Source: Craspedostauros australis
Taxonomy: Eukaryota
Assembly: GCA_030167865.1 (NCBI GenBank)
Contig: JALAGF010003802.1
Span: forward strand, 1-64,000
Direction of reading: 5' to 3'
DNA length: 64,000 nucleotides
Shown: positions 1 through 12,438 of the stretch, one piece after another
How the letters are laid out: each line of letters starts with the position of its first letter
Position numbering within the stretch: the first letter of the stretch is position 1
Notes under the pieces: model-generated
The model's database searches: none
The model's input: the letters and a program-made list of their open reading frames with translations, nothing else
What the model was told of the DNA's origin: nothing
Made by a program: the position numbers and the translations under genes

Positions 1-29
1 AAAGCACAGACGCAAACAAGACGACAACG

Positions 30-2507
30 ATGGCGCCATTCAAAGCCCAACCCATGCGACGCTCTTGCCCCATGGCAATGCTCATGCTGCTCTGGACAGC
101 CAGCCTCTTCGTGCCGTCTCTGGCGGCGCCGGCCTTCATGGGCGGAAGCCTGGGCGAAGAGATGAGCAACGCCATTGGTGCCACCCGCAGTCTCGAAGAA
201 GCGCCCCCGTGCAGCCTCTGCCGCAACTTGCTTTCTCCGGTGCCGACAAAGCTGAACGCCACGTTCACCTACAAGAACGAGACCTTGTCCTGCGAGGTTC
301 TCTACAACGAGACCCTGGCGTTCAGCGACGAGGAGTGCACTGCCTACGAGTTCGGCCCCGACGCGAGGTTCTACGAAGACGCTTGCGGATGCACGTCCTT
401 CTGCGAAGGCTGCCCCGGATTGGAGATGAAGAACAAAGACGGCGTCTACTACGACGGCATCCTCGCACGCGGCTGCGCCGAGAGACACCGCGATGCTGGA
501 ACCTTCCTCAACAGCAATGATTGTTTGCGCTATCAGTTTCTTGCAAGGGACCCGTGCTTCTGCGCTCCTTTTGACGAAGAAGTCGACGCTTCGGAGTTTT
601 CCTTTGAGCCCTCTTCGACCCCCTTGACGCCCGACAGCCCGTGCTTCGAACGGTCGATTGATGTCTTTTTCGCGTCGAGATCGGTCCACCACAACGCGAG
701 CGAAGACTCGCGATGGGTATTCTGCCCCAACACTGTGCAGACCCTCAACACGTACATCTACTCTCTGGGAATCTTCACCCTGCAGCCCCCAATCCTCGGC
801 ATCCCGAATGCTCACTACCTCTGCGGCGAAGATGGGTCAAGCCAAAACAACTGCATCTTTGACCTTGGCGAGGCTCAGTCGGTCTTCTTCGGAGAAATGG
901 AAACCATCACGGTCCAAGGCTTCACGTTCCGGGGCAGTCTACTTGCCTCGAGCATGAGGTTCACAGGGCGCGTCACGTTCATCGACTGCATCTTCAGAGT
1001 AAGTTACACTACCACAAAACGCGTCGGGACAGAATTGCTTGCTGAAACAACAAATATGAGGCAACCACTTGTGTGTCCATCCTGTTTGCGTGGCCAACTT
1101 TGCTATCTACGTTCCTGTAGCTCTGGTCAGCAACATGTTGATGGGAGCATCATCACTACTCTATTCTGCTCTGTGTCTGTTCACCCGCCCGCCTGCATGG
1201 AATACGCCACGCCCATAGTGCAAACTGCAATGCGCTCTGCGTACTCGTATGAAAGACGACGTCCAATCAAGCATCTCACCAATACCGATATGTCATCTTC
1301 CTTTCTGCCTGTCTCTCTATATATGTCGATGCATGTTGCTGGCTCAACATCTGCCTACCATGCGCATCCCTCCATCTACCCGCGGTGCCTGTTTAAAGGA
1401 CATGGTGACAGAATCCGTTGTATTTGCAACTGCCCGGAGGGAGAACGGAAATTTCGTGCTCGAGACCGAAGCCTTTCTCTCTTTCGTTAACTGCACCTTC
1501 CTCGTAAGTACCATCGGATCCAAACGTTGCCATGTACATGAAGGCCGTTGCCTCGCCCCCCACCAGCGATCGAAACTTGCAAAATTCTTGCGCAGCCCGA
1601 GGCCAAGCGCGTATGCACTCCTACGCTGACCACAATCTTCATCGCTGTGTGCTGCACCGATGGCTCGTGCAAACGTCATGCCTCACGTCATTCCTCGCTC
1701 TCCTCGATCCTCTCCTTTGCTTTGCCTCGGTCATCGCAGGATAACACAATCGTCGCCACATCCAGGACCAAAGCCCAGGCATACTCGGAGCAGTTTGGGT
1801 TGCAGGTCAGCTTTGACGGTTGCATCTTTCAAGGTGCAAGCACAGACATTGACCTTGCCAATCCCTGCCTTGGGTGCCGCTCGCAAGCGATATTTATGTC
1901 GAGCGCCACAAAACTCACCATCAAGAATTCATGCTTCATCGACAGCACCTTCGTCGGTGCTATGATCATGGCTTCGCAGGACGCAAACCCCAATCCAACG
2001 GTCGTCGAAGTGTCGAACAACTTCGTCCAAAATGTGACTTCGGTGGCCCACGGTGGTTGCCCAACCATGCTGACCTTTGAAAACTCCGGAGCTGTTGCAT
2101 GCCTCGCAAATGCATTCGAGGCCCAAGCATGCCCCAGGACTTTTGTCGATGTCACGTCGTCTCCAAGTCAAATGCCCAGCACCGATCACGTTCTATTCAC
2201 GGACGCTCCATCCCCAATCGCGTCTATGGCACCTACGGATGTTGTGGTCGCTACCGAAGTCCCCACCGCAGCCCCTACTTCAGCTCCGACCGCAACCCCT
2301 ACTTCAGCTCCGACCGCAATCCCTACCGCAACCCCTACCGCAGCCCCTACTGCAATCCCTACCTCAGCTCCGACCGCAATCCCTACCGCAGCCCCTACCG
2401 CAACCCCTACTTCAGCTCCGACCGAATCTGGTGTCGTGCGGCTTCAATATGGACAGGCAGCAATGATCATGCTTGCGGCCGCATCCGCGATGCAGGCTCT
2501 CCTCTAA
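30..2507 (+). CDS. Secreted, probably GPI-anchored Cys-rich cell-surface protein; exons 30-998, 1399-1503, 1740-2507
   Basis: N-terminal signal-like hydrophobic stretch, an RSL motif, Cys-rich modules and a CGEDGSSQNNCIF motif. Phase-0 GT-AG introns (aga|gtaagt...aag|gac; ctc|gtaagt...cag|gat) join three ORF pieces in frame. Ends with a Pro/Thr stalk and a hydrophobic C-terminus. Confidence 0.8.
2262..2423 (+). repeat. Coding 12-nt-period tandem repeat (PTAA/PTSA/PTAT/PTAI), mucin-like stalk
   Basis: Repeated cc(c/t/g)ac(c/t) units translating PTAAPTSAPTATPTSAPTAIPT... Confidence 0.9.
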
Positions 2508-3596
2508 GATGGAACGTCTTGAACACCTGCCAACTATACCGCCGCTGTGCAACACCGCATAGTCTTGCATGCAGTGGAGCAGCCACAGATCTTGCTCGCC
2601 CGACCTCAAGTATCGATGTGAAACATCCTGCGTGTTGTCATGGAAATGGTGCATAACACAACACAAACAGCGCAGGCAGCAACGAGGCAAGAGCATATCC
2701 CACAGAAAATACAAACAATAACTCTTAATCATTCTATGTAAGCATTCAACTGTTATATCTGTATAGGAGCAGTTCAACGGGTTCGTATCGGCAAGAGCAC
2801 CCGTCTCCGAGCAGCTTCGTGTCTACGCACGAGTAGTTGTGATGGCATGGCAATCGAAGATGGCGTTCTGCCGGCGAGCAACAGAGATTGAAAAGCTGTG
2901 TAGTTCAAAACAAACAGATAGACGTGCAGGCAGACGGTACACAAGGAGACATACATGTAGACATGCGTGCTCGAACGAAGAAAGGAGAAACATGCGTTCA
3001 TACTCTGCACACTCAGACAAGACGCAGAGACGGCATCTAAAGGCGATGGGATTCACAGCTTCGCGCTCCGAGAACATACGTCGAAAGATTTGTCCCAGTT
3101 GTACTTTCACGGTACCTCCTTTGTGTATTAATCCCTTGTACTGGCACCTGCGGACAGCTTCACAGCAAAAACACCGTCTCCGCAGTGTCACAGGACTTTA
3201 GCGGACCTTGGGATTCCATCGCTGCATGATACCTTGACGGTGCCCCAACGCTCTCTGCGTCGTGTAACTTTGATCTCACACTTGCGAATGCTATTCGACT
3301 GAGTACAATAGGAGGGAGCGATAGCGATATCCCGCTGTGACAGTCCCAATTTCGCAAATCGACGTGGGTATGCTTATTATGTATGTTTATGTTATTTGTA
3401 TCGATGGGCTTGGACTTGTATTCGGCGATGGCCAAAGGAGATCTGCTGACTCATTTGGTGGTTTTCCCGATCAACGCCATGCCTTCGCTCGGCAAAGAGC
3501 TGTGATCCAGCAACGAGCAGTGATCTTGTGCTCCAAATCTCTCTGCTGCTGCTATCGAGACACCCGTCGCATGCACGGATCGCAGGTAAGCACTTC

Positions 3597-4997
3597 TTAT
3601 GCCATGAAACCGGCCATCAAAGTTGCTGCCATTCCCATGCCCATACCGAGCGACATGATGGTGGAACCGATGCTGGATGCATCAGAGGAGGTGTCCTCAA
3701 CCTCGAGCGTGCGGATGTCCTTCGTTCCGTACATGACCTTGAGCTTGGTGGTGCCATCCGGGATGTCGGACGACTTCACCTCAATCTCGTATGCTCCCAT
3801 GATGTTGGTCTTTCCCTCGGCCACCTTGGTGCCATCTTCGGTGGTGATCTTCACGTCCAGATCCGCCATCAACAGCAAGTCCGCATGAGATCCAAGCACG
3901 AAGTTGGATTCCTGGGCGAGATCGAGCTTCAGCTGGTGTGTTTCTTGGCGGTCTGCGTTGTCGGTGGTGCCGACTGGGCCAATATCTGGGCAGTTCACGT
4001 ACATCGGTGTTGGGATGAAGGCTGCTCCGTTGGCGGCGGTAAGCTCGGTGTTGATGGAGATCTGATCGGCCATGTAGTCGATTGGGAGCTCGGTGACCCA
4101 GAACAGCTGCCACAGGGGAGAGTATCCCGCATCTGGGCGGTCGAGGTTGATCAGATTGCGCATGCCGGCATCACTTGGTCCACCTTGGTTGCCCTTCTCG
4201 GCCGAAACGCCACGGGTGAACTGGTTCACATGCCACAGTGGGATGGATGTGACGGCGGTCTTGCTGGCGAAGGTGGTAACGACTGGGATGGCGTAGTCGG
4301 CATCATCTGGCTGCTCGCGAGTGGTAGGGTTGAAGTAGTCAAATGCAGACTGGTCGTTGACTTCGAAGATGAAGGTCTGAACCTCCTGTCCCTTGAAGAA
4401 GGCAGTGATGGGCTTGATGGGGGCGGTTGCAGCCTTGTCCACTGGGCTCTGGAGGGAGGATCCAGTTGGGACGACTGGGAAGTTCATGATGATGTCGGTC
4501 TCCTTGAGGGTATTGCCACTGGTGATGACATCCCCGGCACTCTTGAAGGTGTCTGCAACATAGGTATCATCAACCATGACGAACTTGACGTTCATGAAGT
4601 CGGAGTAAGAGTTGCCATTGCTGGTGTGGAACTCGAGGATTGGCTTTCCAACAACACCAGTGAAGTCTCCGGTGGTGGTTGCCATCATGACCTTCTGGAT
4701 TGGGACATCCGAAGATGGGCTCATGTTTGGTGGTCCCTTGATGAGATCTGGGTAGGTGCCTGGAGCGAAGATGCGGAACTTGTAGTAGTGGATGAGGCGG
4801 TTGTTGTACCATCCTCCGTGGGCGATGAACTTCTTGTTGACCTTGTCGTAGTCCATGTTCTGTGGAGAGAGATCGGCGGCCTCGTACACGGTGGCAGGGA
4901 CGGCGGCGATGTAGTCATCGCCAATCGCAGCCATGGTGCCGTGGGCGGCCATGGCGATGGCAGTGACGATGAAGGCAGTGGCCTTTTGGAAGTTCAT
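3597..4997 (-). CDS. Secreted, probably GPI-anchored protein with two internal repeats (YSDF/YSPLW...N(F/C)P), intronless
   Basis: 466-aa ORF with a signal peptide and strong codon bias (open antisense frame). Two similar halves: GWYNNRLIHYYKF..YSDFMNV..MNFPVV and AFFKGQEVQTFIF..YSPLWQL..VNCPDI. C-terminal Ser-rich spacer plus hydrophobic tail. Confidence 0.85.
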   Translation of the reverse strand: MNFQKATAFIVTAIAMAAHGTMAAIGDDYIAAVPATVYEAADLSPQNMDYDKVNKKFIAHGGWYNNRLIHYYKFRIFAPGTYPDLIKGPPNMSPSSDVPIQKVMMATTTGDFTGVVGKPILEFHTSNGNSYSDFMNVKFVMVDDTYVADTFKSAGDVITSGNTLKETDIIMNFPVVPTGSSLQSPVDKAATAPIKPITAFFKGQEVQTFIFEVNDQSAFDYFNPTTREQPDDADYAIPVVTTFASKTAVTSIPLWHVNQFTRGVSAEKGNQGGPSDAGMRNLINLDRPDAGYSPLWQLFWVTELPIDYMADQISINTELTAANGAAFIPTPMYVNCPDIGPVGTTDNADRQETHQLKLDLAQESNFVLGSHADLLLMADLDVKITTEDGTKVAEGKTNIMGAYEIEVKSSDIPDGTTKLKVMYGTKDIRTLEVEDTSSDASSIGSTIMSLGMGMGMAATLMAGFMA

Positions 4998-6945
4998 GTT
5001 GTCAAGCTGTCGTTTGTCTTCTTTTTTGGTTGTTTGAGTGCCGAGTGTTGGCTGTTGGTTGGTTTGCTGATGCCTTTGCCTTTGTGTTTGCTTTGTGCCG
5101 AGCTTGGATTTGTGAGAAGAGAGGAGTGAGGAAGGGAGATGTCCCTGCTCTCCACGACGAGGCTCCCAAGAGATACCATGTCAAAGCATGCAATCAACCA
5201 GAGCGGACGCGGTGGGATGCTGGTGCCCTTGGCGGTGTCTCGCCAAAGATCTTTGGATTCGCAGCTGATCCCTCTGCCGTGGCAGTATCGGGAGGCTGTG
5301 TACTCGTGGCACACGAGCAGGTACATCTCCCATTTCCAATGACGTTGGGGGAGTAGTCCAAGTCCAACATTCCCAAAGCACTTTCCGTCCTTCGATGTTT
5401 GGGAGGGGAAGGGACAAACCAAGGATGTTTGATGAAAGACGATTTCTTTGTGGATGTCCATGCGGTCGTTGTGTGGTCGTGGGTGTTTCCAGTTTTTATG
5501 GAGTCTCCGTTTTTGCAAGATCGCAGAATGCACAGGCTGCTTTCGCGGACCTTGGTCGCCTACCTCGTAATTCTCTCCGTCCAAGATTTAGAGACCGGCG
5601 AAGTCGCCACACCACCGCCGTAAATGTCGCCGAGACTGGGCAATCTGCGTGATTTATCCATATGTCTCACCTCGTCACAACACAGCCCTCAAATTACGCG
5701 CTCGTACTCGCTGGGAAGAACACAAGCGCGAGTGTATGCCTGCGCAGTGTTGAGTAGCCGTAGAGTAGATTACAGTAGAGTTGGCACATCGCACATGTGG
5801 CTGTTGATGGTGTTGACGCATGCATCTTTGGCCGCTTCGCTCGTGCTGGTGCTGTCGGCGAAGCTGCTGTGGGTTCCACATCTGTTGTATAGTAGTGGCT
5901 GGAGGAGAGGGAACCAAACTGCCAGCGCCGAAACAGAAACGGCGGACTTGCGGTACCGCCTGCAATGCTAAAGTCGTGGCAACCTCTTCGCCAAGAGACA
6001 GCTGCTTGGGTTCACACTCGTAAGACGAGATATGAACAAATACTATACTTGTTCTTGTGGCACATTTGATCATCCCTTGCCGTCGTGTTGCTTTGCGGCC
6101 TGGACCTGCATCCCTCTTGAGATTGCCTTGCAGGAGCACAGAGGAGACATCTGAACTGCTCCCGACCGAAGCGCAAGTTCGCTCAATCAACCAACTGCCT
6201 GCTTGTCGTTCATTTGAGAGGAGAAGGGGACGGAATCGAAGGTTCTGCCATGGCACATCAGTACCCTCCAGCGTAGGAACGTGGATGCGCCACGGTTTGA
6301 TGTTCATTCTCCGGCGCAAGATCACGCTGGACTGGTAGAGTAAAGTAACGCACACTCTCAGGCTGATGTGCCAAGATCAAACAAGAGAGTATTCAACCTC
6401 AGCACGCCTTTGTTTTTGTTGCCTCTCAGGGTCTGTTCTGCACAGTCACATATCTGAAAGGTGTGTGATGATTCTCCTAACGTTGATCCCAATGATCTCC
6501 GCGTCACTTCTTCATCCGTTTGAAAATGGTAGAAGTTAGACTTCTTCTCTTGTCCAAAACAAAAACAATTATGTATTTACCGCAACCCTGTTCAACGGAC
6601 ATGTTGGAGTATCGATGCATCATAGTTGCTTGTGGGACACACTGAGTGGAATACCATGTACACTGGTCTAGATTGAGATTGAAAATTTGAGACTCGATCA
6701 CTCTGCTGACTTTCTGTCGGCTTGCAAAGCCAACTATTGCATGAGTGGGTATGGGTTTCTTCTTCACCACCCATCCTTCCAGTGATCATTGCATTTCTTC
6801 ACTCATTGAAGAGAGCCAACAACAAGCAACGACGAAGGGGCATCGTCTGCGATTCAAATCAATGGGTTCTTTTCGAGCTTTCTCGCTGTGGGAGTCCAAG
6901 CAAACTCACTGTAGTCTCCAGCCCTGGCCTGAACAAGGAGCACTC

Positions 6946-7001
6946 GAGAGTAGAGTACTCTCTAGAGTATACTATAATATTATATAGAGTACTCTACTCT
7001 C
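6946..7001. repeat. Perfect 16-bp inverted repeat around an AT-rich palindromic loop
   Basis: gagagtagagtactct (6946-6961) and agagtactctactctc (6986-7001); the loop contains tataatattata. Confidence 0.9.
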
Positions 7002-7568
7002 TTCTATAATACTTGCACCAGTGTACGATCTATTGGTGCCTCTGACAAACATATCCGCACTCAGAGAAACATAGTCGCGCGGTGTTGCCTCAACTGTTCT
7101 TCAGTCCAGACAGAAAAGAGTATCAACAGAGTATTGCATATAGTAGTCGAGTACCTTGTCCTTTGTCACCTTTCGTCTCTCCACTGTTGGCGACGTGAAG
7201 CGATGCCATTTGTGTGGATGTGTCATCGCGTTCCTGCTTCGTCCCGTGGACTGCCAAACGTTCCGCAGAGGGACTTCGCAAACACGAGGCCGAACTGCGC
7301 GGATCGCTTCAGGTTATTTTGTTGGCGCGCAGTCATCTTTAGTCACGGATTACATTCGTGACCAAAATTGTGCGAGTCGGAGAGTCATCGCCATGTCCGT
7401 CGCACAAATCTCGTTTTCTCGACACGCGACATGTGCACAAACGCTGCTTTGGCGAAGAGGAGAGAGGAGAAGGAAACCGAGCGCATTCTCGCAGCGCACA
7501 CAATAAAAACCAAAAACAGATCTTTGTGGGGTACGTACTCTCTCATGTGCAGCACCATACCCAGACAG

Positions 7569-7608
7569 CAAGCCAACAAACAAGCCAACAAACAAGCCAA
7601 CAAACAAG
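7569..7608. repeat. Tandem 12-mer (CAAGCCAACAAA) x3
   Basis: Direct reading of the sequence. Confidence 0.9.
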
Positions 7609-8040
7609 GAGGGCATCCCCGAACACTGATGCGACGAACTGTTGGTTGAGCACAGGCCCAAGCTCACGCTCCGAGTACCTCCACGCTTGACAACCGCATT
7701 CCCACCAAGTCTTCGAGCTCGATTGCTGGGCCATCGCTTCATCGGATGCCTCATCGGTTCGCCATTTAGTGCAGCGCATACTACTCGGAGCACGATAGAC
7801 CCCAAGTTTGGATCGCAGAGGGAAGGATCCACTGACGAACCACTTCTATTGGCAACCAGAACATTCACGCACCGAAGCTGATCGCAACATCTCGCATTGC
7901 ACGATTTCGGACCGGTCAAACCCAGATAGAATTTCGAGAACGGCAGAGATCGCACCGAGTGAGCCGAGACTGAGCGAGCCAACCCTGTACTTCATATTCC
8001 CCTACAATCCTTTCCCCGCCGTCCTTCGTATCTCGAAGCG

Positions 8041-10410
8041 ATGGGATCCACTCGGCCCATGGCACTTCCATCGCTGAACCGATCAGAAAGCTTCGTCGGC
8101 TCCGATCGGCCAACAACCCAGAAGAGCAGATCGGCGGCACGTCGAAGACCATGTGATGCACGTCCATGCGCAACACGGGTTGTGCTGTTGCTGGTGCTCC
8201 TCATGCTCGCATCAGGGACGGCACATGCGGCTGTTTCTTGCGAGGTTTGCTCAAATCAAACGTCCGTGGTGGACAACGATTCGCTGACGGTAACCATCCG
8301 AACCCTGAACAACGAGAGCATGACATGCAATGAATACGCGCAGAGCATCCACGACAACGTGACGGTCGTCGCCACCGATGAGGAATGCGTGCAAATAAGA
8401 GCAACATTCAACGAAACTTGTGGATGTGATGCTGATGGAGTTGACGGCGAGGGCAACAACACCGCCACCGACAGTCCAGGCAATGTCACAGAAGCCCCAT
8501 CGATAGCACCCACTGTGCAGTCGGAAGCCCCATCTGAAGCCCCTTCTTTTGGTCCGGCACCCGACTGTTTCATGAGCATCAAGGAAGTTGTGGCTCGAGA
8601 GCGGTGGGTGTTCGAACGTGGGGATAACAGCATCCAGCGTACCTACGTTATGTGCCCGAACAGGACCTACAGAATTGGTTTTCCGACAATCGACCTGTTT
8701 GAATTCCTCGGAGAACCACCCATCATCTTGCAAAGCAACGTGCATTGGAAATGTGGCCATGATGGCAGCTCCTCCAACAACTGCGTGATCGATGGTGGGA
8801 TTCTGCAAGTCAGCAGCTCCGCCCTGCACTTCCGCAGCGATCACGTCAACATGCTCGTTGAAGGGTTCACGTTCCAGCAAGCCAACAACCGCGTGATGAT
8901 CACCTCAGTTCCGGGAGATATCATCATGCGTGATTGCATCTTTCGGGTAAGCCACAAAAATACGCACCTGTTCGTACAGATGGACGCCCATGCCAACTAT
9001 GCCGCAATCCGGCACAAGAGAATTTGATTTGTCTGAAGATGATCAAATTGCGTACTTCGCTCCACGAGATCGCACGCGAACTCTGTTCCACGCAATCGAC
9101 GAGAAGCATCTTCACCACCAGGGATAGTCCCGGCTGCGTGACCTTCACGCAAGCGTTTCCAGGCGTTGGCAGTGTGGCCACGATGAATGAAGGAACCATG
9201 GACATGTCAACAACCAACGAATTGTGCCTGCAGCAGCTCTCCTTGCACTGCCTGGACGCGTTGATTATCGACTCCATCACGCCATTACTCACAAACCCTT
9301 TGGCATAGCTCCACTTTATTGTGACGAGCTTTCCGTCTCTTTGCTTCTGCCTCAACCCAACATATACTTCTCGACTTTGACTCTCCTCTACGCCTGCTCT
9401 ACTCTATGAACACGCACGGCTATAGAATCAAGAGACAGGTCCAATAAACGAGGTACTCTTTATTGCTATTTCGACCGACGACCGACGTGATCGGAACCTC
9501 AAGTCGCAGGATGAGGCAAATGGCAGCACTCACACGCGCGCCGATGTGCCAGGGCTTGTGGGAGACGCAGACACGTCTTTGCAGGAACGCCCGCGCCCAA
9601 AAATGATAGAGCTCGTCGAGGTGATGGAAAGCCGTGACGTGGCGCGCTATGAATCCTTCATCCACTCCATCTATGACGACAATGATGAAGATCACGTTAT
9701 CTCTGCTGCAAATCATGCAAACAATCTCAATCGACGTCGGATGCAGGGCCCTCCGGACATCCTGACGGATTTCAAAGTGAAATTCCAAAACTGCACCATG
9801 GAGGTACGTAAATGGGCGATTCCACGATCGTTCCTGAATCGACTCATTCGTTGAAGCGTCAGCCATTGTTGGGTGCGGATTGCATGCGCGGCTGCGTTGT
9901 CATGGATCCAACATCTTGCGTCGTCACCGTCCACAGATCTCAAACATGCGGGGTATCATATCGCTTTTCTTCTCCTTCCAACTCTCACCGCTGCATCCTC
10001 CATCTCCACACTCACTGCCAAAAAAAAACGACTACTCCACGCCGCAATACGATCAACAGAACATCCTTGTGACATCGCCAAATGTGCCATTATTGATCGG
10101 CACGATAGAGTGCTCGCCCTCGTGCACAATCGACATCGATTCTTGCATATTCAGAAACAACAAAGTCTCGCCAGACGATACGGTACGTTGGCTTGAGTGC
10201 GTCCACTGGAGAGCAGAATCGCGACTCGTGACATGACACGCCACTGCAACGCGACACTGTGCGATGCATTTCACTGAGAAGTTCGCTGATGCTTGTGTAT
10301 GAGTTGCGGGGGGTCGCTGACTGATCCGTCACCATGCCCACTTTGAACAATGGTTGTGTGACGGTGCCCTGATCTATAACATATCCCATCGCCGATGGCT
10401 CACTCGATTT

Positions 10411-10444
<34 letters not shown>

Positions 10445-10926
10445 CTCTTCCAATACTGCAGCTTATTGGGAGCAGCGTCCGCATGCGAGCGGGCGAGTTG
10501 TCCGTGACAAATTCATGCTTCCTGAACAATAGCTTCCTCGGTTACAACACCTACCTCGTTGGTGACACAGCGAAGACGACGAACATCAGCAACAACTTTG
10601 GGACGTTCAATCAAGGGTTGTTCAAGGATTGCCAGTTCATGTCCAAGATAGATCCGACGGATGCCATCGGCGAGACAGTGGAATGTATACACGAGTACGA
10701 CGCCACCTCGTGCGCTCTGTATCCCAGCAGCAACGAAGGGCCATCGGGCGGGAAGACGGACGCGCCTTCCGCACAGCAACCGGCGATGGACGAGCCAACG
10801 TCGGCGCCATCCAGTGAGGGGGCTGCAGTTGGCACTTGCCAAAGAAGGCTCGTCATCACGGTGATGACAATGATGATGACGACAACGGCAGCAGTTCTGC
10901 TCGTTGGGAATGCGTTGCTGTCATGA
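8041..10926 (+). CDS. Paralog of the 30-2507 cell-surface protein; exons 8041-8946, 9426-9803, 10060-10182, 10462-10926
   Basis: Shares the C..C...TC..Y..EEC..CGC module, (F/M)CPN, CG.DGSS.NNC(I/V), V(Q/E)GFTF, DCIFR| and NCT..| with its paralog at equivalent intron positions. All introns are phase-0 GT-AG. Signal peptide and hydrophobic C-terminus are present. Confidence 0.78.
10413..10442. repeat. (CT)15 microsatellite forming the polypyrimidine tract of an intron
   Basis: Direct reading; lies just upstream of the AG acceptor at 10461. Confidence 0.9.
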
Positions 10927-11991
10927 TGAGTCGATATCGCGAGAGTAGAGGTTATGGGGAGTTATGGATAAACAGACTCATGGATCGCCTTGCGGGACGT
11001 GAAAAAAGCAAAAGCAGCGGAGGACAGAGAGATGAATCGGTAGATGTTAATGTTCGATGGAAACAGTTCACCTCGGTAATGCTCTGGAGTAGCGGACAAC
11101 TATTCAGAGTACTTTAAAATGAAATAGTATTCATTCTGTGCTCACGAACATGCTATGCACGCGCGGTTATGGTTGCGCCTCATGTACTTATATCTCGACT
11201 CTACAGCGATGCATCTGGCCATGGCAGACACAGCAAGCGCCGAATTTTCAGGTGTCATAGGTGGTACACGTGCTACTCTCTCTCTCTCTCTAGAAAGAGA
11301 GAGAAATACAGGGCTATGACGTTATCCCGGTCCACATACTTGAAACGAGATAGATTCACTACCACTGTAACGGGGAACGAACGAACCAGCCGCAGTTGTT
11401 GCTTGTGTGATGTTTGCAAATCCATTCCGTACTCGTATCATGTTTCGCCTAATACCTCATCTAGTACCAGATCTGCATTAGCTATGATTTGGCATGATAT
11501 GCACTGCACTGCCGATTGGAATGTGTCCACGTGGTTGGGTTCATATATAGCAGCAGTTCATCTCGTGGACTCCACTCTGAGACTCCCCAAATCTTCTTTT
11601 TCATGGGAAAGCAGTGATGTTGTGGCAGTGCACCACGCTACGAATATTCGAAAGTTCAGGCACCGTCATGATGAGTGAGAGTCAAGGACGCCAAACAATA
11701 CGGTGAGTTCGTGCAGTGGCCAAGCCATCCTTTATTGTCGTGTTGGTGGGAATAGAAAATGCCGGCACTGTGGTTCACTGTATGTATGCGATCACACAGT
11801 GGTGTGCTGCGCTGATCGCGAATACAAATGCTCACGCAGCATGGTAGTTTAGTGCCGCTGATCGTTGTCGTTCTCGTTGTCACTGTTGTTGCTGCTGCTT
11901 CATGATCGATTCCGTTGCGTCCTTGTACATCCAAGGCCTGCCTCACAATCCAAGTGCCCCACAGTACGAGGAATTACTCTACTCCACACGC

Positions 11992-12438
11992 TTACACGTC
12001 ATCGCAGTACTTGCCAATCTTGGTGGCAACATCCAAGTAGAATGTGGTTTCGTACAGTCTTGTGACTGGGTTGCCGTCCTTGAACAAGATCATGGATGGT
12101 GACCTCTCGTGGGCATCCCACAGCTTGGCCAGCTCCGGGTAATCCTGCTGCTTGATGCTGACCATCGTGCATCGGTCCTTGAGCTTGTCCTTGCAGGTGA
12201 GGATGTCCCCCTTGATATCAGCCTCCTTGTCGGCGTCGTAGAAGTTGATGAGCACCGGCTTGTCCTCTGGGAACAAAGCGAGGATCTCGTCCATGGAGTT
12301 GTACTTGGCGTGAAGAGCGGAGTTGCGCTGGGCGACGCCGAAGGCAGCAGCTGGCTTGGCGCCGGTGCCGACGACGAAGGCATCGGCGGACGTTGCCAGA
12401 GCGGCGAGGGTGATGGAGAGCAGGGAAGTGACCTTCAT
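11992..12438 (-). CDS. Plastid-targeted thioredoxin-fold protein without CxxC
   Basis: Signal peptide ending SADA|FVV (ASAFAP-type) followed by a transit peptide. Trx-like KPVLINFY...YPELAKLW...SPSMILFKDGNPV; the active-site position reads DADKE. Confidence 0.75.
   Translation of the reverse strand: MKVTSLLSITLAALATSADAFVVGTGAKPAAAFGVAQRNSALHAKYNSMDEILALFPEDKPVLINFYDADKEADIKGDILTCKDKLKDRCTMVSIKQQDYPELAKLWDAHERSPSMILFKDGNPVTRLYETTFYLDVATKIGKYCDDV

Noticed and set aside
999-1490. C-terminal part of the 486-aa ORF 30..1490
   Set aside because: Read-through past the GTAAGT donor at 999; the paralog has an intron at the same position.
3528-5129. 533-aa + strand ORF
   Set aside because: Antisense shadow of the codon-biased 3597-4997 gene; no protein-like motifs.
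6255-6282. ccagcgtagg, resembling the 3' end of a TPP riboswitch (also gggtgcctgag in the CIA1 intron near 14279)
   Set aside because: The other required elements (CUGAGA, CCUGAU, pairing stems) are not present in the right order.
5000-8040. Short ORFs in the 3-kb intergenic region as possible transposon remnants
   Set aside because: No transposase, RT or integrase motifs, terminal repeats or consistent codon bias recognised.
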